Assembly (NCBI GenBank): GCA_035703635.1
Contig: DASSXV010000052.1
Coordinates: forward strand, 28,104-92,103
Length of the DNA stretch: 64,000 nucleotides
Reading direction: 5' to 3'
DNA from: Trueperaceae bacterium
GTDB lineage: Bacteria > Deinococcota > Deinococci > Deinococcales > Trueperaceae
Shown: positions 9,525 through 20,045 of the stretch, in pieces
How positions within the stretch are numbered: position 1 is the stretch's first letter
Layout: each line of letters starts with the position of its first letter
Notes under the pieces: generated by a model
Databases searched by the model: none
What the model was told of the DNA's origin: nothing
Seen by the model: the letters and a program-made list of their open reading frames with translations, nothing else
Translations under genes and position numbers: made by a program

Positions 9525-10583
9525 GTGAAGCAGGCGTTGACTACCAACCAAGTAACTTACCAGACGGCGCGGCGGGGGGGCGGTAAGCCCACGAAGGTCG
9601 CCTTGATCGGCGCTGGCACCGTCGGTGAAGAAGTAGTGCGCTTGCTGCGCAACAGACCCGAGTTCGAACTCGTGGGAGTACTCGTCCGCGACGCCGCGAG
9701 GGAGCGCGCCTTCACAGGCTGGCAGGAACTCGTCACTACGAACGAAGACGTGCTGGCCGGCGTCGATGTTCTCGTCGAGGTGGCAGGCGGCACCGGTAAC
9801 GCCGCCGACCTTTCCCTGCGACACCTAGCCGCAGGCAAGCAGCTGGTGACTGCCAACAAGGCCGCGCTGGCCGAGCGCTGGGCGGAGTACTTGCCTCATG
9901 CCGAGGAAGGCCGTGTTCACTTCGAGGCCGCCGTCATGGCGGGCACGCCAGCCGTTGGCGTGCTAGCCGGTGCTCTGCGCGGCTCCGCGCCGGTGAGCCT
10001 GCACGCCGTGCTGAACGGCACCTGCAACGTCATCCTGGCGATGATGGACGAGGGCAGCAGCTTCGCGGCCGCGTTGGCCGAGGCGCAGCGCCTCGGCTTC
10101 GCGGAAGCCGATCCGACGCTCGACGTCGGCGGCTTCGACGCGGCGCACAAGCTCACCGTTCTCGGTCGACTCGCTTTCGATCCCGCCCTCACGTGGGAGG
10201 TGGTCCGTGGGGCCACGCGCGGCATCTCCGACCTTACCGAGCAGACGCTCGCCGCGCAGGCGCAGCGGGGCCGCAGGGTGCGCCTCATCGGGAGCATCGT
10301 GGCGAACTCGGGACGGTGGGAGGCGCGGGTCCGCCCCGTTTCCTTGCCGGTTGGCCACCCGTTGCTCACGACCGGCGGCACCAACGCCCTCCTCTTCACA
10401 GGCGACCCGGTCGGCACGGTCTACGTGCGCGGGGCTGGGGCGGGCGGCGGCTCGACGGCAAGCGGCGTGCTCGCCGACATGTTGACGGCGGCTGCGGGCA
10501 GCAGCGGCCCAAGACCGCTTGCTAGCGCCGCGCCGGTGCCACTAACGGCCAGCGAGGCGAGCGACGGGGTAGAAGAACTGTGA
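9525..10583 (+). CDS. hom: Homoserine dehydrogenase (no ACT domain)
   Basis: Motifs GAGTVG, VTANKA, FEAAVMAGTP, LNGTCN, GFAEADPTLDVGGFDAAHKL and GAGAGG. Confidence 0.93.
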   Translation: MKQALTTNQVTYQTARRGGGKPTKVALIGAGTVGEEVVRLLRNRPEFELVGVLVRDAARERAFTGWQELVTTNEDVLAGVDVLVEVAGGTGNAADLSLRHLAAGKQLVTANKAALAERWAEYLPHAEEGRVHFEAAVMAGTPAVGVLAGALRGSAPVSLHAVLNGTCNVILAMMDEGSSFAAALAEAQRLGFAEADPTLDVGGFDAAHKLTVLGRLAFDPALTWEVVRGATRGISDLTEQTLAAQAQRGRRVRLIGSIVANSGRWEARVRPVSLPVGHPLLTTGGTNALLFTGDPVGTVYVRGAGAGGGSTASGVLADMLTAAAGSSGPRPLASAAPVPLTASEASDGVEEL

Positions 10584-11872
10584 TGCGTTACCGCAGCACG
10601 CGCGGCGGGCCGGAAGTAGCGTTCGAGGACGGTGTACTGGCCGGTTTAGCGCCAGACGGCGGCCTCTACTGGCCGACGCAACTGCCGCCGTTGCCCCTCG
10701 GTTGGGAGACGGCAAGCAGCCCGGCTGACCTCGCCAAGCTCGTCCTGCCCGCATACATGGGTGAGGAGGCGGCTGCCGCAGTCGCCGACGGCCTCGACTT
10801 CCCGTGGCCCGTAACCAGGCTGCCAGACGACGTCTTCGTGCTCGAGCTCTTCCACGGGCCAACCGCTGCCTTCAAGGACGTCGGCGCGCGCTCCCTCGCA
10901 CGCGCCATGCAAGCAGCGCTCGCTCGGCGCGGCGAACGCGTCACGGTGCTCGTCGCTACCTCGGGTGACACGGGCAGCGCCGTGGCGGACGCCTTCGCGG
11001 GCCTCGACCGCGTGCGGGTGGCGGTCCTCTACCCGGCAGGCGGCGTAAGCAACGTGCAAGAGGAACAGCTGACGGCCAGGCGTGACGGCGTACGCGCGTT
11101 CGCGGTGGACGGTACCTTCGACGACTGTCAGCGGCTCGTTAAAGCCGCCTTCGGCGACCCGTCCCTCGCCGACCTGCGCTTGTCATCGGCCAACTCCATC
11201 AACATCGGCCGGCTCCTACCTCAAGCGCTCTACTACCTGTGGGGAGCTGCCCGCGTGTGGGAAGACCTCGGGCGCCACGCGCCGCTCGAAGTCGTGGTGC
11301 CAAGCGGCAACTTGGGTAACTTGACGGCCGGACTCCTGGCGGCCGAGACGGGCCTCGACGCAGCAGGCTTCTTGGCGGCGCACAACCGCAACGACTTCTT
11401 TCCCCGCTTCCTAGCTGGCGAGGTCGAAGCGTTCGACTTCGCCGCCAGCGTGGCCACGCCCTCCAACGCCATGGACGTAGGCGCGCCATCGAACTTCGAG
11501 CGCCTCTACTCGTGGCTGGGTGAGGGTCTGAGGCGGCGCGTCGTAGGTTGCCGCGTTGGTGACGCCGCCACCCTCGAGCGCATGCGCGAGACGGCCGCCG
11601 CCAGCGACTACCTGGTCTGCCCGCACACTGCCGTCGGCCTCGAGGCGTTGCAGCGCCTGCGCGCCAGCACGCCAGCCACGGCCGCGGTGCCCGCGCTAGT
11701 TCTGGCCACGGCGCACCCCGCGAAGTTCCCTGATGCGGTGATCGAGGCGACGGGCCGGCGCCCAGCGGTGCCAGCTAGCCTTGAACGCTTCGCCGAGGCG
11801 CCGAAACGCGTCGAACCGTTAGCGCCGGTAGCGGCCGCGCTAAGCGCCGCGCTGCTTGCCTGGCGCGACTAA
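10583..11872 (+). CDS. thrC: Threonine synthase (long, E. coli/fungal-type class)
   Basis: YRSTRG, GLAPDGGLY, ELFHGPTAAFKDVG, ATSGDTGSA, NSINIGRL, PSGNLGN, TAHPAKF. TGATG overlap with the hom stop. Confidence 0.95.
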   Translation: MRYRSTRGGPEVAFEDGVLAGLAPDGGLYWPTQLPPLPLGWETASSPADLAKLVLPAYMGEEAAAAVADGLDFPWPVTRLPDDVFVLELFHGPTAAFKDVGARSLARAMQAALARRGERVTVLVATSGDTGSAVADAFAGLDRVRVAVLYPAGGVSNVQEEQLTARRDGVRAFAVDGTFDDCQRLVKAAFGDPSLADLRLSSANSINIGRLLPQALYYLWGAARVWEDLGRHAPLEVVVPSGNLGNLTAGLLAAETGLDAAGFLAAHNRNDFFPRFLAGEVEAFDFAASVATPSNAMDVGAPSNFERLYSWLGEGLRRRVVGCRVGDAATLERMRETAAASDYLVCPHTAVGLEALQRLRASTPATAAVPALVLATAHPAKFPDAVIEATGRRPAVPASLERFAEAPKRVEPLAPVAAALSAALLAWRD

Positions 11873-11932
11873 CGCCGCACGCTGGCGCGGCCCCGCGCGG
11901 CCCCAACTAATGCGCTCCCTACGCCAGCGCTG

Positions 11933-12805
11933 CTAGCGCCTGAGAGCGAACGGCCCCTGCTCGTCGTCGCCCAAGTGCACGACCTTCAACTCGCGCATGA
12001 GCTTCACTAGGTGCGCGAGCACGCTCTGCTCGGCAAGGGCGAGGACGGCCTCCGGGTACCCGGGGTACACGCGCCGCGTGATCTCCGCCGCCGTCGCGCT
12101 GCCCTTCGTTAGGGCGCCGAGCACCTGAGCTTCGCGCTCCAAGCGGTGCGCGGCCAGCTCCCGCAGGCGCTCCGCTGGGTTCGTTATCAGCGGGCCGTGG
12201 CCCGGCGCGAGAACGGGCGCGTTCGTGTGCTCCAGGCGCACTAGGGTGGTGAGGTACGCTTCGACGTCGCCTTCTGGCAGCCCTACCCACACCGACCCAG
12301 TCGCTACGGCCAGGTCGCCGACTATGGCCGCCTCTGGCGCCCCACCGGCCGGGCCCGTGACGAGGAACGAGAGGTGGCCTTGGCTATGCCCCGGGGTGTG
12401 CAGCGCCGTTACGGTGACGTCGCCGACGGTGACGACGCGGCCGTCCGCCAGATAGGTCGTGCTCCACGCCGTCACGTTGCTCGCTTCGGCGGCGTGCACG
12501 AGCACGGGCGGCGGGTCGCCGTTGCGGACGGCCTCGTAGTCGAGGAGCTGTTGCACGCCGCCGGTATGGTCCGGGTGCGTATGCGTGAGCGCAACGGCCT
12601 TGACGAGGCGCGCGTCGGCTTGAGTCAAGGCGCTCTGGAGGAGCGCTTGGGCTTTCGGTTCGTCAGAACCAGGATCGACGACTACGGCGACGCCGCCTTG
12701 CGCGATCACGTACGCGTTCACGTGGTCGTATGGCGGCAGCGTGGCGCATGGTAGTTCGACGCGCCACACGTGTTCGCTCACGCGTTCAATGGCGGGCACA
12801 GTCAC
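11933..12805 (-). CDS. MBL-fold metallo-hydrolase with C-terminal winged-helix (LACTB2-like)
   Basis: Motifs THTHPDHTGG, HTPGHSQGH, GD and PGHG; C-terminal SVLAHLVKL. Confidence 0.88.
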   Translation of the reverse strand: MTVPAIERVSEHVWRVELPCATLPPYDHVNAYVIAQGGVAVVVDPGSDEPKAQALLQSALTQADARLVKAVALTHTHPDHTGGVQQLLDYEAVRNGDPPPVLVHAAEASNVTAWSTTYLADGRVVTVGDVTVTALHTPGHSQGHLSFLVTGPAGGAPEAAIVGDLAVATGSVWVGLPEGDVEAYLTTLVRLEHTNAPVLAPGHGPLITNPAERLRELAAHRLEREAQVLGALTKGSATAAEITRRVYPGYPEAVLALAEQSVLAHLVKLMRELKVVHLGDDEQGPFALRR

Positions 12806-13858
12806 TCACTCCTCTCGCTGGTCGATAAGGTATGCGATAGCCGCGTCTAACGCGGTTGCGGACGAGCTTTCTACGTCGGGGACGACTCCTCGGCCCTCCC
12901 AGGTCGGGCCGCCGATGGGGGCGAGCACGCCCGTCGCGATCCAGGCCTGTGAACCGTCGCGCAGGCAGAACGGCAGGAGCGCCTCGACGTTGCCTGCGCT
13001 CTGCTCTCCGAAGACGGTGGCGCGCCCGCGTAACTGTAGGGCGCCCGCTAGGCCCTCTGCTGCGCTGTTCACGCCGCCATCGATGAGCACGGCTAGCGGC
13101 AGGTCGGTCTGCGCTAAGCCGATGGCCGGGTACGGCATCGGCAAGGTCCAGCTCGTGATGGCCCGCCACAAGAAGCCGCGGGTGAACACGCCAGCGACCT
13201 GCATCATCGTCACTAGCCGACCGCCCGGATTGCCGCGCAAGTCTAGGACTAATGACCAGGCGCCGGCCTCCTCGAGGTCGGTCACGGCGACGCGCACTGC
13301 TTCTGCCGCGCCGTCGCTCGCCAAGTCTGGCAGGCGCACGTAACCAACGCCACCGTCCGTTAGCCCGTAGCTGACGTTGGCGACGTGACCTTCACCGCTG
13401 AGGGCGTAACCGTCCGCCTGCAACCGCAGCAGTCTGTTCCAACTGCCTGCCGCCAACGCCTGGTTGAGGGCGGGGAGCGTCGCCCCACTACCGAGCACCA
13501 TGATGCAAGGCAGGTCGCCATACTCGGCCCTCACCTTGGCAACCTTGGCTGGCGGCACGAACACGGAGTGGTCGTCGCCCAGCAGGGAGTACATCTCCTC
13601 GAGGACCTCGTAGAGGCCAGCGTCGTCAGTGGCAGCTAGCGCGCGTGGCCGGTACGCGTCGCGCACCGCTTGCCAGTCGACGCCGGTGCGCTCGATATGC
13701 CAGTAGCGCGTGGCGACGAGGTTCCAGGCGGTATCGAAGCGTTCCGCGAACCCTTGACCCTGCGCCATGGCGGTGCCGCCAACGACGGCGAGCAGTAGAA
13801 AGACGAGCGCGGCGCGTACCGAGGCGGCCCGCCGCACCCTTCCTTCAGGCCGGCGCAT
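12806..13858 (-). CDS. Exported S41-family peptidase without a PDZ domain
   Basis: Signal peptide, LGDDHS, GYVRL, LDLRGNPGG, NSAAE (catalytic Ser) and EGRGVVPD. Start may instead be GTG 13837. Confidence 0.85.
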   Translation of the reverse strand: MRRPEGRVRRAASVRAALVFLLLAVVGGTAMAQGQGFAERFDTAWNLVATRYWHIERTGVDWQAVRDAYRPRALAATDDAGLYEVLEEMYSLLGDDHSVFVPPAKVAKVRAEYGDLPCIMVLGSGATLPALNQALAAGSWNRLLRLQADGYALSGEGHVANVSYGLTDGGVGYVRLPDLASDGAAEAVRVAVTDLEEAGAWSLVLDLRGNPGGRLVTMMQVAGVFTRGFLWRAITSWTLPMPYPAIGLAQTDLPLAVLIDGGVNSAAEGLAGALQLRGRATVFGEQSAGNVEALLPFCLRDGSQAWIATGVLAPIGGPTWEGRGVVPDVESSSATALDAAIAYLIDQREE

Positions 13859-14789
13859 CGGCCAGCACCGCTGCGTGACGCATCAGCGTTTCCTCATCGA
13901 TCGTTAGGCCTTGCGCCCCGACGACCGTGGTGTTGAGCGCCCCTGCCACGTTGCCGTAGCGCGCGGCCCAGTGCATGTCGTGTCCGGCCATGATGGCGTG
14001 CGCGAACGCCGCCGTGTAGTAGTCGCCTGCGCCCGTCGAGTCGACCACGCTGTCTATCTCATGCGCCTCGATCAGCTCGTTGCTCTCTGAGTTGATGACG
14101 ATGGAGCCCATGGCGCCGACCTTGACGACTAACTGCTCGATGCCGGCGTCACGTAAGTCGTGCACGGCCTCCGAGATCGACGTGCGGCCAGTGAGGAGGT
14201 AAAGCTCGTGCTCGTTCATGAGCCAGTAATCCACGCCGCTGAGGACGGAGATCAGGCGGTGCTGCATGGCCTTCACGGCGCCTGTGCCCAAGTCGACGAA
14301 GGTAGTGAGCTTGTGCTTGCGCGCGTACGCGAGCGCCTGAAGCGCGTACTCCTTCTGCGGTCCGCTGATCAGACTGTACGCGCTCATCACGAGGGCGTCG
14401 CAGGCGGCAACGTCCGACTCCTTCAGTTCCGCGGAGTCGAGGTGGCGGCTGGCGCCGGCTGCGCTGACCATGGTGCGCTGCGCGTCCGGGGTGATGAGGA
14501 GCATGATCGAGCTCGTTTGGAGGTCTGGGTCGTGCTGGACGAGGCTGGTATCGACGCCTGCAGCGACGATATTGCGTAGCGCCAATGCCGAGAACGGCCC
14601 GCTCCCTACGCGCGTGGCGATGCGAGTCGGGTTGCCGAGCTGCGCGAGGACGGCGGCCACCGTGCCGCCAGAGCCGCCTGGCTCCATTACGGCACGTATA
14701 GCTTGGACTTCGCCGCCGTGTTCGGGGAAGTCGTTGACGAAGTACATCTGATCGACAGTTGCGTCGCCGACCACGAAGAAGTGGGCCAT
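13845..14789 (-). CDS. PfkB/ribokinase-family carbohydrate kinase
   Basis: Motifs PGGSGGTVA, NEHE, VKVGAMGS and DSTGAGDYY. SD AGGAG upstream. Confidence 0.9.
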   Translation of the reverse strand: MAHFFVVGDATVDQMYFVNDFPEHGGEVQAIRAVMEPGGSGGTVAAVLAQLGNPTRIATRVGSGPFSALALRNIVAAGVDTSLVQHDPDLQTSSIMLLITPDAQRTMVSAAGASRHLDSAELKESDVAACDALVMSAYSLISGPQKEYALQALAYARKHKLTTFVDLGTGAVKAMQHRLISVLSGVDYWLMNEHELYLLTGRTSISEAVHDLRDAGIEQLVVKVGAMGSIVINSESNELIEAHEIDSVVDSTGAGDYYTAAFAHAIMAGHDMHWAARYGNVAGALNTTVVGAQGLTIDEETLMRHAAVLADAPA

Positions 14790-14880
14790 TCGTTAATTCG
14801 CTCCTACCGACACAGCCGGGCCAGCGTGATGCCGGGGCCGCCGGGAAGATGTTGTTGCTTAGGTCAGTATACTCACCACT

Positions 14881-15771
14881 TCATGAGGAAACGTCTGCCG
14901 TGGGTCTAGCACCATCAAGCGCGGCAGCCAAGGCGACGAAGGCGGCGTGGTCGAGCTCTTCCGCGCGCACCCTCAGGTCGCGGCCGATGCCGGTGACGGC
15001 CGCTTCGGCCTGAGGGCGCTCGAAGCCGGCGTAGACAAGGTTCTTGACGAGCGTCTTGCGCCTGTGCGCGAACCCTTGGTGGATGAGCTTGAAGAGCGCC
15101 GGGTTTGGCGTGGCTGACTCGTCAGTGTCTATGCGCACGACTGAGGAAGTCACCTTCGGTGGCGGGAGGAAGGCGCCGGGCGGCACGTGCCTTACGAGCT
15201 TCGCGCGCCCGAAGTGCCCGACGAGCAGCGTTAGCGCCCCGTACGCTGGCGAGGTGGGAGCGGCGCTCAAGCGCTCGCCGACCTCCCGTTGCACCAAGAA
15301 GACGAGGCGCGAGAAGCGCCCAGACTCGAGCACGCGCGCGACGATCGGCGTGGCAACGTTGTAGGGCAAGTTCGCAACGAGCTTGGAGCGCATGGGCATG
15401 GCGGCGAGGTCGAAGCGCAAAGCGTCCTCGTGTACGAGGTCAAGCCGTCCCGGCCCCTCCTTGCCCAACTCAGTGGCGAACTCCGCTTTCAGCAAGGGGA
15501 GGAGCCTGGCGTCCAGCTCTACGCTCGTGACGTTGGCGCCAGCGTTCAAGAGGGCGCGAGTCAGCACCCCTAGCCCTGGACCGACCTCGAGGACGTGGTC
15601 GCCAGGTGCGATGGCGGCGGCGGCGACGATGGCACGGAGCGCCGCCTCGTCGACTAGGAAGTTCTGCCCGAACCCCTTGTCGGCCCTCAGGCCGTACTGG
15701 TCGAGGAGCGCGGCGACGCGCGAACGCGCGGTCAAGGGTGATCCGCTCTTCGCCGAAGGTTCTTCTGTCAC
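14881..15771 (-). CDS. rsmA: 16S rRNA m6,2A dimethyltransferase RsmA/KsgA
   Basis: Motifs GQNFLVD, LEVGPGLGVLT, VANLPYNV, PPPKVTSSVV and FAHRRKTL. Overlaps the carD stop. Confidence 0.96.
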   Translation of the reverse strand: MTEEPSAKSGSPLTARSRVAALLDQYGLRADKGFGQNFLVDEAALRAIVAAAAIAPGDHVLEVGPGLGVLTRALLNAGANVTSVELDARLLPLLKAEFATELGKEGPGRLDLVHEDALRFDLAAMPMRSKLVANLPYNVATPIVARVLESGRFSRLVFLVQREVGERLSAAPTSPAYGALTLLVGHFGRAKLVRHVPPGAFLPPPKVTSSVVRIDTDESATPNPALFKLIHQGFAHRRKTLVKNLVYAGFERPQAEAAVTGIGRDLRVRAEELDHAAFVALAAALDGARPTADVSS

Positions 15772-16259
15772 ACGGTGTGAACGTCCATGGCCGCAGTCAA
15801 CATGTCCTCTGCCGCGCCAAGTTCGACGTCAAGCACGACGGCCAGCTCGCTACTCAGCATGGTGCGGGCGCTATCGAGCACCTCGCGCTCGGTGGCTGCT
15901 AGGCCCTTCTCGGCGTCGCGCTTGGCCAACACCCCGATGAGGCGCGCCAAGTCGTACGCGCTGCCACCTGAGAGGATGTCCTGCTCGGCGCGGAAGCGCG
16001 GTGGCCACTGCGCCGGGAGGGTCAGGTCGGCCGCCTTGATCGAGTCGATGAGGCGCGCCACCTCCTCCTTGTCAACGGTGTGGCGTAAGCCGACCTCCTG
16101 GCCCTTCTTGATGGGTACGAGCACTTCCATGTCGCCCCTAACGAAGACGACCTTGAGGTACTCGTGAGCTTGCCCGAGCACTACACGCGAGGTCCGTTCA
16201 GCCACCACCCCAGCGCCCTGAGACGGGTAAACGACGTGGTCACCCACTTCAAAATTCAT
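15768..16259 (-). CDS. carD: CarD-family RNA polymerase-binding regulator
   Basis: MNFEVGDHVVYPSQGAGVV, VGLR and QWPPRFR. Start reset to ATG 16259. Confidence 0.9.
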   Translation of the reverse strand: MNFEVGDHVVYPSQGAGVVAERTSRVVLGQAHEYLKVVFVRGDMEVLVPIKKGQEVGLRHTVDKEEVARLIDSIKAADLTLPAQWPPRFRAEQDILSGGSAYDLARLIGVLAKRDAEKGLAATEREVLDSARTMLSSELAVVLDVELGAAEDMLTAAMDVHTV

Positions 16260-16307
16260 GCTTGCCAAGCCTAACACACGCATCACACGCCCCACGAGCG
16301 GCGTGCC

Positions 16308-17933
16308 TCACGTCAGGCCAACTAGTGGAGCCCACGCTGGGTAGGTGATGAACGACCAGACCGTGACGCTCCCGAAGACGGTTAGGGCGGCGGCGATCAG
16401 CAAGTTCGCTTGCACCTCGCGGTCGCCTCTCCCGGCAACCAGATAAGCAACCCCGAGCCCGACGAGGAGGGCGGCTGCCACGACGGCAACCGTTGCTACT
16501 GGCGCCGTGTGCCCATAGACGCCGGTAAGCGCGAGAGCCACGCTGGCAGCGAGTAGGGGCATGGCTCCCACGATCAAGCCGGCGCCCGCCCCGCGCCCAA
16601 GTCCCGCCTTGCCGGCACGGGCGCGCCTGCTGACGGCCCGCGCCGTGAGCGGCGCGGTGATGAGGAGGTAAGGAACGAACGCGAGGACGCCAAGGACGCC
16701 GACGAGCAGCGCCGTCAGCGCCTGCCCGATGGCCTGCTCGGCAACGAACCATGGGTTCCACCCCATGAGGCGGGCGATGCGGTCTAAGGGAGTAAGGGGC
16801 ATCGGCGCGGCGTCGTCTGCCGTATAGATGGCAACGCCGCCACCTTGCGCCCTGCCGTACCAGGCGAGCACAGCAAGACCAGGTTCCGAGGCAGCGCCCG
16901 CGTGCCCGAAGGCTGCGCCCTCCACCGTCACGGGTGACCACAAGATGTTCGTCGCCGTCGCGGCCTGGGGGGCGCTAGCGTCGATGCGCTTGAAGCTCGA
17001 GCCCCCAGTCCAGTAGAAGTAGGGCCAGGCGCCAGCAAGCGGCCTGCCCGTCTCCTCGAGCTCGACTAGTTGGCCGCGCTCGAGGGTGCCGGTCGCGCCA
17101 GCCACGCTCGCTAGTTGCAGGCCGCCGTCCTCGGCGCTCCACATGACGTTAGCGCCGCCCGGTGCGGCCGCGATCACGGCGCGTTGGCGTTCATCAGTCA
17201 CGTCGGCGTTGCCGAGGTCGAGTGGTAGCGCCGCGCCACTGCCGTCCACCAGCAAGGCGTAAGCGTGCCACTCTGCGTTGACGCCGAACTCGGTTCGCTC
17301 GGTCTTGCCCTCCAGCCACGCTGCCCACAGGGCGCCAGTCGGCGCCGCGGCGAAGGTGAGCCCACGCACGGACAGCGGGGTCGTGCGCAAGACTACAGGC
17401 GCCCCGCCGCTCAGGGGGAGCAGTGTCAGTTGCGCGTTGCCTTGGCGCCGTAGCGTGCCCGCCACGTAGGTGGCGCCTTCTAGCGTTACGAAGTCGAGGG
17501 CGACTTCTACGGGGTCCGTGAACAGTTCCGTGACCTGCCCAGCGCGCCACACGAAGTGCCCGTACTGCCCGGTGTTGCGGTCACGCTGCGCCCAAGCGAC
17601 CGCTAGTTCGCCGCCCGCGTCGCCAGCAGAAACGCCGCGAACGTTCTGGGCGGCCGCCAGGAGCGTAGGGTCGCCGCCGTTCGGCCTCACCCACACGCCC
17701 TGCTGATCCGCCCACACGAGCTCGCTGCCGCTTGTCGTTACGCGCACGCCAACCGCCGCGGCAGGGCGCTCAGTTGGCACTTCAACGGGGCGAGCCCAAC
17801 CGCCAGCGGCCGCCAACGGTTGGGCTAGCGCCATGCACCAACTCGCCAGGACTAGCGTCACCAGCAGTCTTAGCTGAACCCTACCCCCGCCGGATCGCAA
17901 CGACTCTCCTCCAACATGCTGGCGCTGCCGCAC
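16308..17933 (-). CDS. Hypothetical membrane protein (signal peptide, beta-rich extracytoplasmic region, C-terminal TM bundle)
   Basis: 541-aa ORF filling the gap between uvrB and carD. Hydrophobic N-terminal signal and about 4-5 hydrophobic helices at the C-terminus. Confidence 0.72.
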   Translation of the reverse strand: MRQRQHVGGESLRSGGGRVQLRLLVTLVLASWCMALAQPLAAAGGWARPVEVPTERPAAAVGVRVTTSGSELVWADQQGVWVRPNGGDPTLLAAAQNVRGVSAGDAGGELAVAWAQRDRNTGQYGHFVWRAGQVTELFTDPVEVALDFVTLEGATYVAGTLRRQGNAQLTLLPLSGGAPVVLRTTPLSVRGLTFAAAPTGALWAAWLEGKTERTEFGVNAEWHAYALLVDGSGAALPLDLGNADVTDERQRAVIAAAPGGANVMWSAEDGGLQLASVAGATGTLERGQLVELEETGRPLAGAWPYFYWTGGSSFKRIDASAPQAATATNILWSPVTVEGAAFGHAGAASEPGLAVLAWYGRAQGGGVAIYTADDAAPMPLTPLDRIARLMGWNPWFVAEQAIGQALTALLVGVLGVLAFVPYLLITAPLTARAVSRRARAGKAGLGRGAGAGLIVGAMPLLAASVALALTGVYGHTAPVATVAVVAAALLVGLGVAYLVAGRGDREVQANLLIAAALTVFGSVTVWSFITYPAWAPLVGLT

Positions 17934-17943
17934 TTCGTCCCCG

Positions 17944-20019
17944 TCAGGCCCGCGCCTTACGCGTGCGCCCTGCCACCTCGACCTTAGCGCCCGGCGTCGC
18001 CCGCTTCGCCTGGCCAGGCAGCGGCGTCATCAGCACCTCGCGCCCCTGCAAGCGCGCCTCTAGCTCGCGGATGCGGTCGCGCACGGCTGCCGCCTTCTCG
18101 AAGTCGAGCTTCTCGGACGCCTCCCACATCTCGTTCTCCAGTTCGGCCAACTCCTGCCTCGTGTCGTCGAACAGCAACTCACGTTCCCACGGGTCAAGGG
18201 GCGCCTGCACCTCGTCGACGGCATCGTCCTCGTGACCGCGGATGACGTCGTGGACGCGCTTGCGAATGGACTCCGGCGTGATGCCGTGCAGTTCGTTGAA
18301 CGCCACCTGCTTCGCGCGGCGGCGGTTCGTCTCGTCGATGGCTAGGCGCATGGCTTCGCTCGTCTCGTCCGCGTAGAGGAACACCTCACCGTTGACGTTA
18401 CGCGCTGCGCGCCCGATGGTCTGGATGAGGGAGCGTTCACTGCGCAAGAAGCCGGCCTTGTCCGCGTCGAGGATGGCGACGAGGCTGACCTCCGGCAGGT
18501 CGAGTCCCTCACGCAGGAGGTTGATGCCCACCAGCACGTCGAAGTGCCCAAGGCGCAGGTCGCGGATGATGACCTGGCGCTCGACCGCGTCGATGTCGGA
18601 GTGCATGTACCTCACCCTGATGCCCTTCGTCGCGAGGTACTCGGTGAGGTCCTCGGCCATGCGCTTCGTTAGCGTCGTGACGAGCACGCGCTCGCCGCGC
18701 TCGGCGCGCGCCCTGGCAGCGAAGAGCAGGTCGTCGATCTGGCCCTTGCTCGGTTTGATCGAGATCTCTGGGTCGACGAGGCCGGTCGGGCGGATGACCT
18801 GCTCGGCGACCAAGTCGGACATGCCGAGCTCGCGCTCTGTGGGCGTTGCGCTGACGAACACGGCCTGACCGACCTTGGTGAGGAACTCCTCCTCGGTAAG
18901 GGGGCGGTTGTCGAGCGCGGCAGGCAGCCTGAAGCCGTAATCGACCAAGGTCTGCTTGCGCGCGCGGTCGCCGTTGAACATGCCGCGCACCTGCGGGAGC
19001 ATGACGTGCGACTCGTCGAGGAAAGTGATGTAGTCGTCCGGGAAGTAGTCGAGGAGCGTGCCTGGCGTGCTGCCTGGAGCGCGGCGCTCCAGGTAGCGGG
19101 AGTAGTTCTCGATGCCGGAGCAGTAGCCGAGCGTGCGCAGCATCTCGAGGTCGTACGCCGTGCGCTCCTTCAGGCGCTGCTTCTCGAGCAGCTTGCCGGT
19201 CGCGTCGAAGTACGCCAGGCGCGTAGCGAGGTCGTGTTCTATCTCCTCGACCGCTGGGGCGAGCTTGTCGTATGGCGTCACGTAGTGCTTGGCGGGGAAG
19301 ACCATGGCGCTCTCGAGCTCGGCCACTTCCTCGCCCGTTACCGGGTCGATCATCGTGAGGCGATCGACCTCGTCACCCCACAGCTCGATGCGCAGCGGAC
19401 GCTCTTCATACGCCGCCCACACCTCGACGACGTCGCCGCGCGCCCGGAACCTACCGGCAGCCAACTCGACGTCGTTGCGCTCGTACTGCTGCCTGACGAG
19501 GGTGGCGAGGATCTCGTCGCGCGGGAGGGGCTTGCCGACTTGCAGCATGAGGTGAAGCTTCTCGTACTCCTCAGGCGAGCCCAAACCGTAGATGGCAGAA
19601 ACCGACGCCACCACGATCACGTCGCGGCGCGTTAGGAGCGAGCGCGTCGTCGAGTGCCGCAAGCGCTCGAGTTCCATGTTGATGTTCGCGTCCTTCTCGA
19701 TGAACAGGTCGCGAGAAGGCACGTACGCTTCCGGTTGATAGTAGTCGTAGTAGGAGATGAAGAACTCGACGGCGGCGTCCGGGAAGTAGTCGCGGAACTC
19801 GGCCGCGAGCTGCGCCGTCAATACCTTGTTGGGCGCTAGGATCAGCGCTGGGCGCTGCACCGCCTCGATGACTTTCGCCATCGTGTAGGTCTTGCCTGTC
19901 CCCGTCGCGCCAAGCAAGGTCTGGAAGCGCAGGCCGTCTTGCAGGCCGCCTACCAAGCCGGAGATGGCCTCAGGTTGGTCGCCTTTAGGCGTGTACGGCG
20001 CTTTCACGATCAGGGACAT
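17944..20019 (-). CDS. uvrB: Excinuclease ABC subunit UvrB
   Basis: [49 protein letters not shown] and a C-terminal UVR domain. Confidence 0.98.
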   Translation of the reverse strand: MSLIVKAPYTPKGDQPEAISGLVGGLQDGLRFQTLLGATGTGKTYTMAKVIEAVQRPALILAPNKVLTAQLAAEFRDYFPDAAVEFFISYYDYYQPEAYVPSRDLFIEKDANINMELERLRHSTTRSLLTRRDVIVVASVSAIYGLGSPEEYEKLHLMLQVGKPLPRDEILATLVRQQYERNDVELAAGRFRARGDVVEVWAAYEERPLRIELWGDEVDRLTMIDPVTGEEVAELESAMVFPAKHYVTPYDKLAPAVEEIEHDLATRLAYFDATGKLLEKQRLKERTAYDLEMLRTLGYCSGIENYSRYLERRAPGSTPGTLLDYFPDDYITFLDESHVMLPQVRGMFNGDRARKQTLVDYGFRLPAALDNRPLTEEEFLTKVGQAVFVSATPTERELGMSDLVAEQVIRPTGLVDPEISIKPSKGQIDDLLFAARARAERGERVLVTTLTKRMAEDLTEYLATKGIRVRYMHSDIDAVERQVIIRDLRLGHFDVLVGINLLREGLDLPEVSLVAILDADKAGFLRSERSLIQTIGRAARNVNGEVFLYADETSEAMRLAIDETNRRRAKQVAFNELHGITPESIRKRVHDVIRGHEDDAVDEVQAPLDPWERELLFDDTRQELAELENEMWEASEKLDFEKAAAVRDRIRELEARLQGREVLMTPLPGQAKRATPGAKVEVAGRTRKARA

Positions 20020-20045
20020 GACCTGCCATTGTACTTCGCGGTTGG

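Noticed and set aside
11873-11932. GCGCGGCCCC tandem pair and a loose inverted repeat between convergent thrC and MBL genes
   Set aside because: Too short and GC-rich to tell from chance; no U-tract.
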